NCBI GenBank assembly: GCA_002104945.1
Contig: MCFH01000001.1
Location: 434,001 to 498,000 of the forward strand
Reading direction: 5' to 3'
Source of the DNA: Piromyces finnis finn
Taxonomy: Eukaryota > Fungi > Neocallimastigomycota
Length of the DNA stretch: 64,000 bases
The notes under the pieces are model-generated. The model did no database searches, was not told where the DNA came from, and saw nothing but the letters and a program-made list of their open reading frames with translations. Every line of letters starts with the position of its first letter. Positions within the stretch are counted from its first letter, which is position 1. Positions 24,362-33,233 of this stretch are shown here, one piece after another. Position numbers and translations under genes: made by a program.

Positions 24362-25354
24362 CGTCTTCTAACAATAAGTTAATAAGTTATTACAGACTCT
24401 CTCTGTATAATTACAGTGTCGAACAAGTTATTAACTAATGTTAATTCCAAACTTCAGCCGTAGTAATAGTCCTTTTCAAATACGAATTATTCGGTGAAGC
24501 GTTCCGATTGATTAAAGTATTCTTGTAGTCCGGTAGAATATCCCAAAGTTCTTGATAATCTTCCTTAGGTAGCCTTAGCAAAATATTCAAAAATTTCTTC
24601 TATTTCTTCAAGTAGAGTTTTCCAAAAAGTTCTTATATTTCTTCTAGTAGAATTCTTCTATTTGTCCTAGTAGAATCTTCCCAAAAGTTCTTCTATTTCT
24701 TCTTGATACCCTAACGTATTCGTAACTATCTGTTTAGGTAATTGTTATTGTAAAGTCAGACACTAAACCGAATAGATTAGGATATCTAACCTATTACAAT
24801 AACACAAAAATTTGAAAAATAGAATAAAAAATTGTTTTATAAAATATCTTTTATTATAATAGAATTTTAATAATAACAATTACATCGATAAAATGATGAA
24901 AAATATCTTCTATTTATATTTTTCCTAAATACATTTATATTATATTATAGCTATTTATTTCTTATATATTATTATTTAAAATCTACACTAAAATCTTAAT
25001 TATTAATAAATATTTAAACTATAACTATTTTTAGTAAAATACAATTGGCAATTCAAATTAAGTACCATTTAATTTGAATATGTGCCCATGTATTATTGAT
25101 ATATTAATCATTTATTATTTATCTATTTCTATAAAAAAACAATACTAAAACTAGGGATTTAAATTGAGAATATTAATTTACTTGTTAAACATTAAAAATA
25201 AATTAATAATTTATTTTGTTTTAAACTTTAATTATTAATAAATAAATTATGTCTCATTTTCTTTTTCTGAATATAATTTGTGTAACTTAAACAATAATAC
25301 TTGTGGCTTAAGTTACATTAAAGATATCAAACAGAGGCGTTTGATGTCTTTACA
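19010..25354 (-). mobile_element. Intact chromovirus element 4 (family B variant)
   Basis: 606-bp LTRs 19010-19615 and 24749-25354; TSD TTGAC (19005-19009, 25355-25359); 11-nt self-priming pair 24738-24748 / 24873-24883. Confidence 0.96.
19652..24256 (-). CDS. Gag-Pol polyprotein, single ORF (1534 aa counted from TTG)
   Basis: CCHC knuckle, LIDSGS, YIDD, RNaseH, integrase, degenerate chromodomain. Confidence 0.95.
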   Translation of the reverse strand: MEELINTFDNLNLEEMEERGGGSTVNPGNIINAPPLFTGRHRDLDGFLTRVELVFRTRPALYNTDRVRVDFVISYFSGRPLEWASSLMRNNSNVLNHYDEFIDRLRANFGSDRYDTVVANGKLDNIRQRKLGQVVDYITEFQRVSQNSNFNESAKIYMFLKGLNPLLREKLAFVETNPSSMEHLISSTILVEDMMKRNSLSEFYFNNRRANDPMDVDVFRISADKKRKRYVNIQGTSNNYDESPRTFEEERRKGVCFLCKKPGHFKFNCPNRVKPKKVFRIIKEKTPKIVEPKIYKVGVMDKKDDLNFIDFYLSTNEVPEAKIKVLIDSGSELNFINPDIAEDLGIKFENIDPFRVSGVNDGISRVWEKSEKCMLRYRNHYEVIQLYSLKVPGVDVILGLPWIKKHNPEAFYDPKKIAFSSGYCARHCNQGKRRRKQRKKSQKSQLDHDVLDRSLTKTVKSVSTAPLKNPEEKEYIKGRLVRTINDEDDSDEEYISFNKKVKCIVTKINETCNNNNESCSNNNNNNEKDINKDKLVSVPTQYLEFSEVFNEKNCEVLPPHRPYDCEIKLKDDSTLFYGPLYPLTEVEREELKKYIDENLNKGFIRKSSSPAGAPILFVKKKDGSLRLCIDYRRLNDITIRNSYPLPLISDLLDRVKNAKIFTKLDLKSAYNLVRIKEGDEYKTAFRTRYGHFEYLVMPFGLKNAPATFQHFINDVLSDYLDDFVISYIDDILIYSNNIEEHHEHVKKVLKKLLENNLYVKLEKCEFDVKKTTFLGYVISKDGLQMDENKVKAILDWPVPKNVKEVQSFIGLCNYYRIFIKDFAKIANPLHKLTRKNVAFNWVKEDQDAFNLLKTLFTSAPILKHADSNKQFIVETDASNYAVGAILSQEFDGKLHPIAFLSKSLTSCQRNYPIYDKELLAIIVALEEWRHYLEGARHQFIIYTDHKNLTFPRKPEMLSQRQIRWNLFLSRFDFKLIYRAGKKSGKPDILSRRSDHLVNVINSDVSCLTISLHHSDNKPLIDSILSELKNDDLYNSIVQFKMNGSTSNAPIKNIDKVIMDGEGFLLFNNLIYVPKSLRTRVLELHHDSVAAGHFGIKKTVELISRNFWWPRFHSDVKSFIKSCVTCCKSKVPRHKPYGLLSPLDTPSRPWSDISIDFIVDLPKSRDMTTLMVVVDRFTKFAHAIPLRCLPTASIAADAFIANVFRLHGLPNSIISDRGSQFTSDFWSRLCDLLNINHSLSTANHPQTDGQTERVNGILEQYFRCFINKKQNNWVDLIPFAEFAYNNTLQQSINQSPFFANYGFHPKFSLEIPANDRPSRAEQRVIDMSENFKLLKGNLEKAKETYKKYADMKRISPPEFEVGKKVWLLKDSPRTNLKKKLAPQMLGPFEIIEKVSSLAFKLKLPKTMRCHPVFHVSLLEPYFENEFIDRSNSRKRNIHLNTDLIEKIPEKIEKMKSVNGETFYKLSWKGFDKSTWVSEDQIPDKQLIQEFERNSKKSKHKLDDSSMRIRKNKGGNLIKHRYQPFVIEIPSRKDSL

Positions 25355-25832
25355 TTGACTTCCTACGCGTCAAAAGTTAGACTTTGATACCATAATACTT
25401 TTGCGTTTAGGTATAGTTGAAACACGGGGAAACTAATTTGTTCAATTCTTTCATACTAACAAGAGTTAGCTATTATAAAGAATTAAACAATATTACTTCC
25501 TATTATCGAAAGATATTAACATTCGACTTTACCTACTTTATCGTAAAAGAGCTAAAGGAACTCTTAGATATTAGTTTATAACAAATTATATATTTGGTGG
25601 TCTAACACTATATAATTTGGCATATATTTTTAAATTATTTTAGTTAATAAATATAATTGAAGAAAACTTTTTTTAATAAAACATCTTTCTCTTTTTCTTT
25701 TACTTTTAATTCGTTCCATTAAAAAAAAAAAAAAAAAAAAATATTTTTTATTGGAGGCTTTGTTTAATTTAATATTGATAATTGAAATATTTTTTTCTTA
25801 TCAATTTTGAGTTAAACAAATTATATTTCAGC

Positions 25833-25977
25833 AATAGACAGGCCTTATTGATTTATCAACAGGGGCATATTAGGGGTAATAGTAAGAACCTGAAGCGCGT
25901 GACGGAACTTAGATCGCGTGAATAGGGCGACGGAAACATCTATTATCGGACGAAAGACCCTTAATCAATAGTCTATT
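25833..25977 (+). ncRNA. Candidate structured RNA element in the element 3 5' UTR (class unknown)
   Basis: Homologous to 51247-51390 (- strand), with five compensatory base-pair changes across three helices. Confidence 0.6.
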
Positions 25978-26241
25978 AAATATAATTTGGTCGGTAACTC
26001 AATTTGATAATAACAATATTAAATTTTCTTTCTTTAATTTTCTTAAAAATATTATTTTCTTTGTATTCTAATTATAACTTAAATCAATTCAAAATTCATA
26101 ATTCCAAGACATTTTTTTAAAAAAAAAAAAAAAAAAAACAAGTATAATCTCAAGTTTAAGTGGTAGTCTAAGCTTCCTAAATCAATTAACAATAATCAAA
26201 AGTCAAAGTCAAATAATCTAAGCTTCTAATAATAAGTCAAA

Positions 26242-29200
26242 ATGGATGAAATTAATCAAAACATCTTTGACAATGCTGCTCTGAAGGATGGATTTGCTGG
26301 GGATAAAAGATTTCTAAAAGGATTCCTGGCCAAGATAGAATTAGTATTTCTTCTTTACCCTGAGAGATACCAAAATGATGAAACGAAAATTTTATACATT
26401 ATCTCTCGCTTGTATGGAAATGCCTTGAATTGGGCAGCTACCTTAATCGAAAATCATGATCAATGCCTCCTAAACTACGATGCTTTTGTCAGTAGATTAA
26501 AAACCTTCTATGGGAACAATGATGAAGTTTTCTTTGCTAACCAAATGCTTAAGAGGGTTAGACAGAAGAATATCGGCCGTGCCAACGATTACATCATGGA
26601 ATTTAATAAATATGCAGATGTTTCCTCTTGGAATGAAGAAGCCAAGATGGATGCTTTTTTGGCAGGTTTGGTCGACCAAGTTGCTTCACGTATTATTGAG
26701 ATGTTTCCCGGACCAAAGAATCTTTCTTCTATGCAAACTATTGCTTCTAGGATTGATTCAAGACTCGCCGTTAACAAAAAATTCTTTGGTCATAGCAATT
26801 CTGAAAACTATAAATCTAGAAGAAATAATAATTTCCCGAAGAAAAGCAATAATAATTCTAATAAAAATAAGTTTCATGGACCTTTAAGCAAAGCTGAAAA
26901 GGACAGAAGAAGAAAAAATAACTTATGTATGTACTGTGGCTCTTCCGATCATTCACTTGATAATTGTCCTTTAAAGCAAAAGAAGGATAAATCTTCGAAT
27001 ACTTCCTTTATGTCCATTCCAACTAAACCAATTCGTCCAAGTCAAAGAACTATTGAAAATTCAGACTTTGTTGCAAACTTCAAAATTTCCTTTGAAAATT
27101 CCGTCCAAATTCTTATTGATTCAGGTTCAAAACTTAATCTAATTGATCGTGCTTATTGTGAAGAGAACTCCATCCCTTATTACGATCATTGTGATCTTCC
27201 AAAAATTATTGGCATTGGTGGTAATCAGGCAATTTTCGGTATAACTCCACCTCTCAATCTCAAATATAAAGATCACGTTTGCAAAACTGACTTCTACGTC
27301 ACAAACCTCCCAAGGTATTGTTGTATACTTGGTCTTGACTGGTTGATACTTCATAATCCAAGCATCGATTTTTCAACAAAGGATATAACTTTCAATTCTA
27401 ACTATTGTTATTCTCATTGTGTTTCTATTTCTGGTGATTCATTACACTCTTATTCTACATTTACTTCTAATGAAACTGCTTTCCCTATATTTTCAGTACA
27501 ATCTCGTAATTCAATTGACCCTTCCTTGAATAATTCTAATACTCAAACAGCACTTCCTATTTTCGTTTCTTCTAACGAAGAACCCAAGAAATCCGTTAAT
27601 TCTTTTGTTTCAATCTCGAATACTAGTGCTGATTCTATTAATTCTATATCCAATGACACCAATGTAGATCAAAATCCCGACACTCTTAAATCTTCTACAA
27701 AATCTGTATTCCTACCTAAAGAACTTGATGAATTTCAAGATGTTTTTAATGAAATATCAGCTAATAAGCTACCTCCTCACCGTCCGTATGATTGCGAGAT
27801 TAAACTAAAAGAAAATTCCAAACTTTTTTATGGCCCAATTTATCCTCTAACTGAAACTGAGTCTAACGCTTTAGAGGAATATATCAAAGAAAACCTTAGT
27901 AAGGGCTTTATCAGAAAGTCTAAATCACCTGCCGGTGCTCCTGTTCTATTCGTCCCTAAGAAAAATGGTCAACTTCGGATGTGTGTTGACTATCGGCAAT
28001 TAAATTCAATCACTATACGAGACTCTTATCCGCTTCCATTAATTCAAGATATGTTAGAACACCTCGGAAAAGGAAAAATATTTTCTAAATTGGATCTTCG
28101 TTCAGCTTATAACTTAGTCAGAATTAAAAGCGGTGACGAATACAAAACTGCTTTCACCTGTAAGCTGGGTCATTTCGAATATTGTGTCATGCCTTTTGGG
28201 TTGAAAAATGCTCCTGCGGTTTTTCAACATTTCATCAATGACGTTCTAGAAGAAGTTCTCGGAAAATTTGCTTTCTCTTATATTGATGATATAATCATTT
28301 TTTCCCAAGATTACGAAAGCCATGTAAAACATGTTAAAACCGTCTTAAAACTCTTAAGATCTGCTGGCCTCTATGCAAAGCTCGAAAAATGTGAATTTTT
28401 CGTTCCGTTTATTGATTTTTTAGGTCATAGAATTTCCGCCGATGGTATCCATATGGATCCTAACAAAGTTTCTTCTATTTTAAATTGGCCTACACCCTCC
28501 AATGTTAAAGAAGTTCAATCTTTTCTTGGTCTCGCTAATTATTATAGACGATTTATTCCAAACTTCGCAAAAATTGCTCATCCATTACATAAACTCTTAA
28601 AGAAGAATGTTAAATTTTTATGGACCAATGAAGCACAAGTCGCTTTTGACACTCTTAAGTCACTATTTGTCTCTGCTCCTGTTCTTATTTTTCCTAATCG
28701 AGATCTACCATTTATTGTCGAGACCGACTCAAGTAATTTTGCTATAGGAGCAATCCTCTCTCAAGTTTCTCCTAGTGATAATATGACTCATCCGGTTGCT
28801 TTCTTTTCCCGTTCACTTACTGGTCCTGAACGAAATTATCCTATTTACGACAAAGAACTCCTCGCTATTGTCGCAGCTCTGGAAACTTGGCGTCACCTTC
28901 TCAAAGGTTCTACTTCTACTTTTAAAATATACTCGGATCATAGAAATCTCCTTTACCAAAAGAAACCAGAAAAGATGTCTCAACGTCTTGTCCGCTGGGC
29001 TCTATTTCTTTCTGAATTTAACTTTGTTATTATTTACCGTTCTGGCTCTTCTAACAGTAAACCTGATGCTCTTTCCCGTCGTTCTGATTATGCCGCTAAT
29101 TCAAATCCTTCATCCGATATTCCTTTCAATGTTTTACGTCCTGAAAATTTTTGTGCTATTGTAACTTCAGTGTCTACCATAAGTGATTCTTTCCTCTCCG

Positions 29201-30600
29201 AATACAATAACGATGAACTCTATAATAAAATTTGTGATTACCTCGATTGTAGGAAGCCTCCAATTCCTCACCCCCAAATCGACAAATTTTCTCTAAGTAA
29301 TAGCTTTCTCCTTTTTGCTGATCGCATTTACGTTCCTTCCAAATGCCGCCTCTCTATTCTTAAACTTTGTCATGATTCTCCTTCCGCTGGTCACTTTGGC
29401 ATTAAAAGAACTATTTCTCTTATTTCTAGAGATTTTTGGTGGCCTTCACTTACAACCGATGTTAAAAACTACGTTCGCTCTTGTGAAACCTGTTGCCGTT
29501 CAAAAAATTCCCATCATAAACCTTACGGTCTCCTTAACCCCCTTGAAATAGCCGATCGACCTTGGTCTTCTATTTCAATGGATTTTGTTACTGATCTTCC
29601 TTCTTCATCTGGTTACACTTGTATTCTGGTAACTATCGATCGTCTTACTAAAATGATTCATCTTATCCCATTTAAAGGTATTCCTTCTGCATCAGAAACA
29701 GCTTCCGCTTTCATTGATAATATATTTCGTCTTCATGGGTTACCTTCTTCTATTATAACTGATAGAGGTTCTCAATTTACCTCCAAATTTTTCCAATCTA
29801 TTTGTTCTTCCCTTTTTATTGATCTTAAGTTTTCTTCTCCATTCCATCATCAATCAAATGGTCAGACGGAGAGGGTAAACTCCGTTATTGAACAATACTT
29901 AAGATGCTTCTCAAACTATAAAGGGTCCGATTGGAAAAATTTTCTTAGTCTTGCTGAATTCAGTTATAATAATTCAGTTCAAGAATCATCAAAAATTTCA
30001 CCATTCTTTGCAAACTACGGTTTCCATCCAAGACATTCACCAATTATTCCAGACCAATCAAATGTTCCAAGAGCAGAAGAATATACAAAAGATTTTAAGT
30101 CCTTGATTAATACTCTTAAAGAAAACTTAAAAGCTGCTATCGAGTCCCAAAAGAAGTATGCTGATAAACTCAGGAAAGACGCACCAAAATTCATTGTTGG
30201 AGATATGGTTTGGTTAGATAGTTCTTTAATTATACACAAAGGAAACAAAAAATTCAAACCAAGAAAACTCGGTCCATTTAAAATTTCAAAGAAAATCTCT
30301 GATGTTTCATTTAAACTTAACCTTCCGAAGTCAATAAAAATACATCCTGTTGTCCACGTCTCCAATCTCGAACCATATTTCAAGGATAAATTCGAAAGAT
30401 CACAACATCCACCGCCACCCATCATTGTTGACAACGAAGAAGAGTATGAAGTTGAAGAAATTCTAGATAAAAGGAAACATTACGGAAAAACTCAATATTT
30501 GATAAAATGGAAAGGATACTCTATCAACGAGGCTTCATGGGAACCTGAAGAAAATCTCAATTGTGAAGAATTACTCAAGAAATTTAATGAAAACAAATGA
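26242..30600 (+). CDS. Gag-Pol polyprotein with canonical chromodomain (element 3)
   Basis: [29 protein letters not shown], integrase core, [25 protein letters not shown]. Confidence 0.96.
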   Translation: MDEINQNIFDNAALKDGFAGDKRFLKGFLAKIELVFLLYPERYQNDETKILYIISRLYGNALNWAATLIENHDQCLLNYDAFVSRLKTFYGNNDEVFFANQMLKRVRQKNIGRANDYIMEFNKYADVSSWNEEAKMDAFLAGLVDQVASRIIEMFPGPKNLSSMQTIASRIDSRLAVNKKFFGHSNSENYKSRRNNNFPKKSNNNSNKNKFHGPLSKAEKDRRRKNNLCMYCGSSDHSLDNCPLKQKKDKSSNTSFMSIPTKPIRPSQRTIENSDFVANFKISFENSVQILIDSGSKLNLIDRAYCEENSIPYYDHCDLPKIIGIGGNQAIFGITPPLNLKYKDHVCKTDFYVTNLPRYCCILGLDWLILHNPSIDFSTKDITFNSNYCYSHCVSISGDSLHSYSTFTSNETAFPIFSVQSRNSIDPSLNNSNTQTALPIFVSSNEEPKKSVNSFVSISNTSADSINSISNDTNVDQNPDTLKSSTKSVFLPKELDEFQDVFNEISANKLPPHRPYDCEIKLKENSKLFYGPIYPLTETESNALEEYIKENLSKGFIRKSKSPAGAPVLFVPKKNGQLRMCVDYRQLNSITIRDSYPLPLIQDMLEHLGKGKIFSKLDLRSAYNLVRIKSGDEYKTAFTCKLGHFEYCVMPFGLKNAPAVFQHFINDVLEEVLGKFAFSYIDDIIIFSQDYESHVKHVKTVLKLLRSAGLYAKLEKCEFFVPFIDFLGHRISADGIHMDPNKVSSILNWPTPSNVKEVQSFLGLANYYRRFIPNFAKIAHPLHKLLKKNVKFLWTNEAQVAFDTLKSLFVSAPVLIFPNRDLPFIVETDSSNFAIGAILSQVSPSDNMTHPVAFFSRSLTGPERNYPIYDKELLAIVAALETWRHLLKGSTSTFKIYSDHRNLLYQKKPEKMSQRLVRWALFLSEFNFVIIYRSGSSNSKPDALSRRSDYAANSNPSSDIPFNVLRPENFCAIVTSVSTISDSFLSEYNNDELYNKICDYLDCRKPPIPHPQIDKFSLSNSFLLFADRIYVPSKCRLSILKLCHDSPSAGHFGIKRTISLISRDFWWPSLTTDVKNYVRSCETCCRSKNSHHKPYGLLNPLEIADRPWSSISMDFVTDLPSSSGYTCILVTIDRLTKMIHLIPFKGIPSASETASAFIDNIFRLHGLPSSIITDRGSQFTSKFFQSICSSLFIDLKFSSPFHHQSNGQTERVNSVIEQYLRCFSNYKGSDWKNFLSLAEFSYNNSVQESSKISPFFANYGFHPRHSPIIPDQSNVPRAEEYTKDFKSLINTLKENLKAAIESQKKYADKLRKDAPKFIVGDMVWLDSSLIIHKGNKKFKPRKLGPFKISKKISDVSFKLNLPKSIKIHPVVHVSNLEPYFKDKFERSQHPPPPIIVDNEEEYEVEEILDKRKHYGKTQYLIKWKGYSINEASWEPEENLNCEELLKKFNENK

Positions 30601-31281
30601 AATATCAAACCTTTAATTTATATTTATAATTGATTTTAATTTTTTTTTTTTGTAAATGAAAAAGAGAAGAGAGATTAAAAAATTAAATTATTTCTTAATT
30701 TTAGTTTAAGTATATTAAAATATATTTTCATGTAATTAAAATCTTATAATGCAAAAAAAAAAAAAAAAAAAAAAAATTCACTCAATTAAATATTTAATAA
30801 ATTAGTCTAGTTCTTTTCGATTCGTCTGGTATCCGAATCCTCGAGGAGGGCCATGTAACGAATCATAGAAATAAAGAAATTGTCTTAGTGGTTAGTAACT
30901 AAGACTTTGGTCCGAATGTCTTGAGTTCGAGACTTCTAAATTATTTTTTTTTTATTTTTATTTTAATTTTTTTATTTTGATTTTTTATCAACTCGAAATT
31001 CTTTGATTGGTTAAGAAATTTAAGTTGTAAAAAATCTTTTAGATTAATTTTAAAAATTTTTGTATAAATACGAGTGGATTTTTCTAAATTTAAAAAAAAT
31101 TGAGTTTTTATTAATTAATAAATTATTGTTAAACACTAACCTATTAAGTTAAAATTTGTGTGTTTTTAATAATAATTTTAAATATTAATAATTAACAGTA
31201 AGATAAAAGTGTTTTATATTTACTAAGTTATTTTAGTAAATTGTTATAAATTTTTTATTGTTAAGAACACATTTCTTTACA

Positions 31282-33233
31282 CCTTCCAATAAAATTCCTT
31301 CTTTAGCCTATGATAGGTCTTGTATATACCTTCATGTCCGATAGAATGAGCGGCTTCAATTAGTCTGAATTTTTCTTCGTCATCATCTATAATTCTTCTT
31401 AGTTTCCCATTACTCTTGTAGTATTGTATTCCATCCATAGTTATAAGTTTCCTATTAATAAAATCATTTATATTTTTATATTGATTATTATTCTCACTTA
31501 TTTTATTATTAGTAGTAGTATTACTATTGTTCTCCACGATCACGTTGATTGTTTGTTTGTTATGACTTGGTCTTGGTGCTAACTGACTTTCTTCCTTACT
31601 GGTCAATCTTGATAGAGCGTCAGCTATTACATTCTTCTTTCCTTCTTCGTACAACACTTTGATTTTTAATATACTAAACGTAGTGACCCATTTAAGATGT
31701 CGATTATTGGTTGGTTCGCTATTATTAATCAATCCAACTAGCGGTTTATGGTCGGTGATTAATTCAGTTTCCAACGTATTTCCTACTATATAATGCTTGA
31801 ATTTCCTAGAACAATAATATGCAGCTGTCCCTTCTAAATCTGTTACACTATAGTTTTCTTCTGATTTATTCAGTGTCCTACTTACAAAGTGTAGTGGTTT
31901 CTCCATTCCATCTTCATCTATTTGTAAAATCACTCCACCTATCCCATTACGTGATGCATCTGTTCTAATCTTGAATGGTTTATCAAAATCCGGTGGCATT
32001 AATATCGGAGCTTCTATTAGTCTTAATTTTAAGATTTCAAATGAATTATTCGCCTCTGGACTCCATTTGAACTCTTCGTCTTTCTTTAATAACTTAAATA
32101 ATGGTTTAGTATATTGTGCAAATTTATCAATAAATTTTCGGTAGTAACTTACAGCCCCTAAAAACGAACGCAATTGAGAAACATTTTTCGGTGGTAGCCA
32201 GTTCATGATTACCTGCGTTTTCCCCGGAATTGGTTTAATTCCTTCTTTAGATAATACATGGCCTAGCAATTCTACTTCTTCTTGAAAGAAGTGACACTTC
32301 TCAATGTTGATTCTTAAACCGTTTTCCCTTAGTATTTTAAAAACCTTTGATAAATCTCTAATATGTTCTTCCATTGTATTGGAAAAGACTATCAAATCAT
32401 CAATATAAATAAAGACACACTTCCCAATAAGGTCGAAGAAAATCCTGTTCATTTCTCTCTGGAAGGTAGCTGGGGCATTACATAACCCGAAAGGCATTAC
32501 CTTGAAATTATAGTTTCCATATATAGTGGTAAAACATGTAAGATCTTCATCCTCAGGATACATCGGAACTTGGTGGTAACCCGAAAACAAATCCATAGTA
32601 GTCAAAACAGCTTTCTTACCTACGTAGCACAGTATGTCATCAATTAGTGGTAGAGCATAGGAATCCTTTATTGTACATTCATTTAAGCGTCGATAATCCA
32701 CACACATTCGGTATTTTCCATTTTTCTTAGGCACTAAGACTACAGGCGACGACCACGATGAATGGGATGGTTCAATTAATTTATTCTTAATCAGCTTGGT
32801 TAACTCCTCTTTCAATGCGTCTGCTTGCACTTTTGATAGCCTATATGCTCGTTGTTTAAAAGGAAACGAGTTTGGCTTCAACCTGATACGATGAGGTAGT
32901 AATTTTGTTCTACTCAGATCGTCAGTTTTAACAGCGATAACATGATTAAATTTATCAAATAGCTTTCTTACTACATCTCTAATATCTTTCGGAATTTTAT
33001 TCACAATATTATTAATAATATTTTCTTTTGTTTCTAACGTTCCTTCTTTTCCTTCATTCTGGGTAGACATCGCTACTGTTATTAACATTGGTATTTCTTC
33101 TATAGTTTCCTCATCTGAATCCTCCCCTTTAGATTCCTGGAGATTTACATCATAATGGAGGTCTGCAATTTTCATGGGAGAATTGTTTTTATCAATGTAG
33201 TATAAATTATCATCCACAAAATTTAAACTAAAA
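31282..33233 (-). CDS. Element D Pol, RT-RNaseH fragment
   Basis: YIDDLIVFS, IRTDAS, GHEG..YHRL integrase HH start. The first 26 residues of the track ORF come from the element 5 LTR. Confidence 0.9.

Larger units (their letters stand above)
18195..31281 (+). mobile_element. Chromovirus element 3 (family C variant), inserted in the D integrase and carrying element 4 in its 5' UTR
   Basis: 428-bp LTRs 18195-18622 and 30854-31281; TSD CCTTC (18190-18194, 31282-31286); self-priming pair GAGTTTTTAT (18443-18452) / ATAAAAACTC (18623-18632). Confidence 0.96.

Noticed and set aside
25886-25956. Hammerhead ribozyme (CTGAAG...GGACGAAA) or TPP riboswitch reading of the structured RNA
   Set aside because: The core is CUGAAGC rather than CUGANGA, no GUCC partner follows it, and the TPP CUGAGA segment is absent; left unclassified.
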